From assembly GCA_964473825.1 (NCBI GenBank), contig CAYYQL010000034.1, positions 1 to 29,858 on the forward strand: a stretch of DNA of 29,858 bases, in the 5' to 3' direction. The notes beneath the pieces were generated by a model that was not told the origin of the DNA, ran no database searches, and saw only the letters and a program-made list of their open reading frames with translations. Every line of letters begins with the position of its first letter. The first letter of the stretch is position 1. Positions 27,243-29,858 of this stretch are shown one piece after another. The translations under genes were made by a program, and so were the position numbers. The DNA comes from an uncultured archaeon. GTDB lineage: Archaea > Asgardarchaeota > Thorarchaeia > Thorarchaeales > Thorarchaeaceae.

Positions 27243-28094
27243 CTATTGAGCACCCCTTTCGACATTCAGTCGAAGCGTGTCATACTCGCCCGGAGTGAAT
27301 CTAATGCGGGTTCTTATCGACTGCCCTTCTAGCAGAGGTATTGGACTCTCGATGGGCATGAGAATCTCCTTCCATCCGTCTTCCATATTCAATCTGATAT
27401 CATCGCTCAGGTCGGCCTCGAACATACCCAGGAACCCATGTAGAATCCCATTAGAACAGATGGTGAAATCCAGAAGCTCATCAACAGCCAGTGATTCGTC
27501 ATTTGAGTTGAACGTGAACTCCTTGACAAGGACAAGATTTGCAAGGTCTCTAGCGGCCCCTCTCTCCACCGTCTGAGGAACGGGCATGAACGCAATGGCT
27601 TCGCGTCTGAATCGTGACCACACAGTGTTACACTCGACTGGTACTGCATAGATGCGGATATGATTCGGAAGAATGATTCCGTCCGTTTTCAGGATGTGTT
27701 TCTTGGCGTGGATTGCAGCGGGAACCTGTTGTTCAATCAGCATGAATGACGAAAGCATCTCACAAATAACTACGTCAGCTTTCTCTTCGGCAACGAAGTC
27801 TCTGAAGTCACTGACAACGAACTCCATGTTCGCATCCAGTTTGTTTCGTCTTGCTACCGACCTTGAGTATTCAACCGATTTCTCATTGATATCAACACAG
27901 ACGACCTTTCTCGCACCGGCCTGAGCTGCAAGCATGCCCAGAATACCACTGCCACTCCCAATGTCAACTACTACGCTATCAGCGTCTACGTACTGCTCAA
28001 TTGCACTGTTGAATTTGCCAATTCTCGTCCTGTGACTGAGCAGACTTATCGCATGCAGGAATGGAAATGGAGAAATGTAGTTTCTATTCGTCAT
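27243..28094 (-). CDS. SAM-dependent methyltransferase with PRMT-like architecture
   Basis: Motif I 'VVDIGSGSGIL', post-I 'VVCVD', double-E loop 'CEMLSSFMLIE', 'LKTDGIILP', beta-rich C-terminus with 'HGF' and 'DGW'; start set at ATG 28094. Confidence 0.85.
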   Translation of the reverse strand: MTNRNYISPFPFLHAISLLSHRTRIGKFNSAIEQYVDADSVVVDIGSGSGILGMLAAQAGARKVVCVDINEKSVEYSRSVARRNKLDANMEFVVSDFRDFVAEEKADVVICEMLSSFMLIEQQVPAAIHAKKHILKTDGIILPNHIRIYAVPVECNTVWSRFRREAIAFMPVPQTVERGAARDLANLVLVKEFTFNSNDESLAVDELLDFTICSNGILHGFLGMFEADLSDDIRLNMEDGWKEILMPIESPIPLLEGQSIRTRIRFTPGEYDTLRLNVERGAQ

Positions 28095-28123
28095 TCTAAT
28101 GCCTGATTGCCATATCATCAGGC

Positions 28124-28131
28124 ATTTATAA
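28124..28131 (-). promoter_or_regulatory. TATA box for the methyltransferase gene
   Basis: TTATAAAT on the minus strand 30-37 nt upstream of ATG 28094. Confidence 0.45.
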
Positions 28132-28203
28132 CAAGAGTGAAGACGTCGAGCTATGTTTGGATGGGTCACAGTATCTCCCCATCCGCTCAAGAGGTAGTGC
28201 CGA

Positions 28204-29364
28204 TTGACAAAGGCTGCAATCAACCGTTCCAGAGAGGCAATCAGTGAGGGACGCTTTGCTGATGCTATCCAGATTCTGGAGCCTCTTGTTCTTGACGGTT
28301 GTGATGAGCCCGATGTCCTGCTCTATCTTGGGATGGCATATCTACAGACCGAACGTCCTCAGGATGCTGTGGAAGTGCTTGAGAAAGCAGCAGAGCAAGT
28401 TGAAGATCACTGCATTCTTGATATGTTACTTGGACGTGCCTACACTGCAACAGGCTGTCTTGATGATGCTGAGATGTACCTTGAAAGGGCCATTAGCAGA
28501 GAACCCGAACTGGTCGAGGCATGGGTAGATCTGTCAAAGGTTCTCTATTTCAATCATGAATATGGCAAAGCTGCACGTGTTCTAGAAGATGCAGTAGAAC
28601 GCTTCCCGGACAATCGTGCTCTCCTTTCAATACGGGCAATGAGTCTCTATAGATTGGGCGACTACACCGAGGCGACAAAGGAATGGGGTGAGTTATGCCG
28701 ACTTGACCCGCAGAATCCGAAATACGTGACCACGTATGCCTATTCACTCCTTATGCTGGGTCGGTTAGATGAAGCATCGCCGTACGTCGAGCAAGCCAGA
28801 TCAATGGAACCTGATAGTCACCGTACTCTGCTGCTTGATGCCGAACTGAGATTCCGCAGAGGTGAGCTGGATGAGGCCCGAGATTTCTTCTCTAGGGCGC
28901 TTGAGCGGTGTTCTGATAGCCTAGAGGCAATAGCCCGGCTAGCTGTGATCGAATCCCGTAGGGGTAGGGAAGCCAAATCAAAAGAGTACCTCAACATTGC
29001 TAACGAGTTAGTAGAGAAGGAGCCCTCGTCTTGGCAACGAATCTGCGATTCTTATCAGATGCTTGGCGAGAAAGACCGTCTTATTGATTGCTTGACTTCT
29101 GTTACTGAAAACGACCGGAGCTGTGCAGCTGCATGGATTCGATTGGCCCGCGAATACAAGGAGAGGGGCATGGAGGCGCGGGCGTACGCCGCATGGAGGG
29201 AGTCCTTTGATATCCGAGGATATGTGAAGTTGTACTGCAGCGACTGTGAGACCTACTTCAGAGTGCCTTATGAAGAGAGTTCTGATTTCGACCCCCTTCA
29301 ACATGCAGAATGCATATACTGCAACTCTATACTATCTATGCCTGAATCCTTAGCAGATATCTGA
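28204..29364 (+). CDS. Multi-TPR protein with C-terminal zinc ribbon
   Basis: About 9-10 TPR-like units followed by 'CSDC...CIYC'; TTG start with GAGGT SD. Confidence 0.88.
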   Translation: MTKAAINRSREAISEGRFADAIQILEPLVLDGCDEPDVLLYLGMAYLQTERPQDAVEVLEKAAEQVEDHCILDMLLGRAYTATGCLDDAEMYLERAISREPELVEAWVDLSKVLYFNHEYGKAARVLEDAVERFPDNRALLSIRAMSLYRLGDYTEATKEWGELCRLDPQNPKYVTTYAYSLLMLGRLDEASPYVEQARSMEPDSHRTLLLDAELRFRRGELDEARDFFSRALERCSDSLEAIARLAVIESRRGREAKSKEYLNIANELVEKEPSSWQRICDSYQMLGEKDRLIDCLTSVTENDRSCAAAWIRLAREYKERGMEARAYAAWRESFDIRGYVKLYCSDCETYFRVPYEESSDFDPLQHAECIYCNSILSMPESLADI

Positions 29365-29379
29365 TTCGGAGCCGAGCAT

Positions 29380-29858
29380 ATGAACACCAGACACTATCCT
29401 TGTCACCCAGTTCCCGGGGTCGGAGTGATAGTGGTTAGTCGGAAGGGTGTACTCCTAGTCCGTCGTGATAAGGATCCCGGGAAAGGCCTGTGGAGTATCC
29501 CTGGGGGTGGTGTTGAGCTTGGAGAGTCTCAAGAGCTAGCCGCGATACGCGAGGTAAGAGAAGAAACCGGTGTTGAGATAGAGCTGCTGGACCTTGTGAG
29601 CACAGCTGACCTCATCACAGTGGACTCAAGAGGCTGCATTGAGTATCACTACCTGCTGAATCATTATCTGGCTGAAGCAGAAACTGTATCCACAAGGCCC
29701 GAGTATCCTTGGGCAGAAGTCCGCTGGTTTGAACCCGACTGCCTCCCCATAGATGAGATGCCATCACGGATTCATTCTCTTATACGGGAGAAGATCGTCC
29801 GGATTCGAGAGCTCTATCGACGGGCGAGAGAAGAATCAGAGCTTCTTGCCTCTGATGG
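29380..29858 (+). CDS. Nudix hydrolase (ADP-ribose pyrophosphatase/MutT-like), runs off the window end
   Basis: Manual translation from ATG 29380: MNTRHYPCHPVPGVGV...WSIPGGGVELGESQELAAIREVREETG, a full Nudix box; no stop before 29858; not in the ORF track. Confidence 0.93.
   Translation, partial: MNTRHYPCHPVPGVGVIVVSRKGVLLVRRDKDPGKGLWSIPGGGVELGESQELAAIREVREETGVEIELLDLVSTADLITVDSRGCIEYHYLLNHYLAEAETVSTRPEYPWAEVRWFEPDCLPIDEMPSRIHSLIREKIVRIRELYRRAREESELLASD

Noticed and set aside
28095-28223. N-terminal extensions given by the ORF track for the methyltransferase (and for MTAP at 26379-26495)
   Set aside because: The methyltransferase extension covers a TATA box and overlaps the divergent gene; in both cases a downstream ATG has better signals

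Overview
A gene-dense, roughly 50% GC prokaryotic chromosomal window. It looks archaeal (TATA-like boxes 30-40 nt before starts, GGAGGTGA/AGGTGA ribosome-binding sites, many TTG/GTG starts). The gene repertoire suggests an Asgard archaeon such as Thorarchaeia, but this is inference only, as no marker gene is present. The centrepiece is a nucleotide-excision-repair operon with two tandem full-length uvrA paralogues (uvrB-uvrA1-uvrA2-uvrC). Around it lie housekeeping, salvage and sanitising genes: M1-type peptidase, fucose-isomerase-like protein, MsrB, two PRTases, class II aldolase, AEC and APC transporters, ferredoxin, surface-anchored PLD, MazG-like pyrophosphatase, nitrilase, MTAP, Nudix hydrolase and three TPR proteins. 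The least explained parts are (i) a module at 24.0-25.5 kb where a very basic Cas2/ChrB-like protein is flanked by two Trp-studded, ultra-acidic micro-ORFs (39 and 30 aa), (ii) a methyltransferase with the motif set of eukaryotic protein-arginine methyltransferases, and (iii) structured non-coding elements on both sides of the ferredoxin gene. No rRNA, tRNA, CRISPR array or mobile element was recognised.
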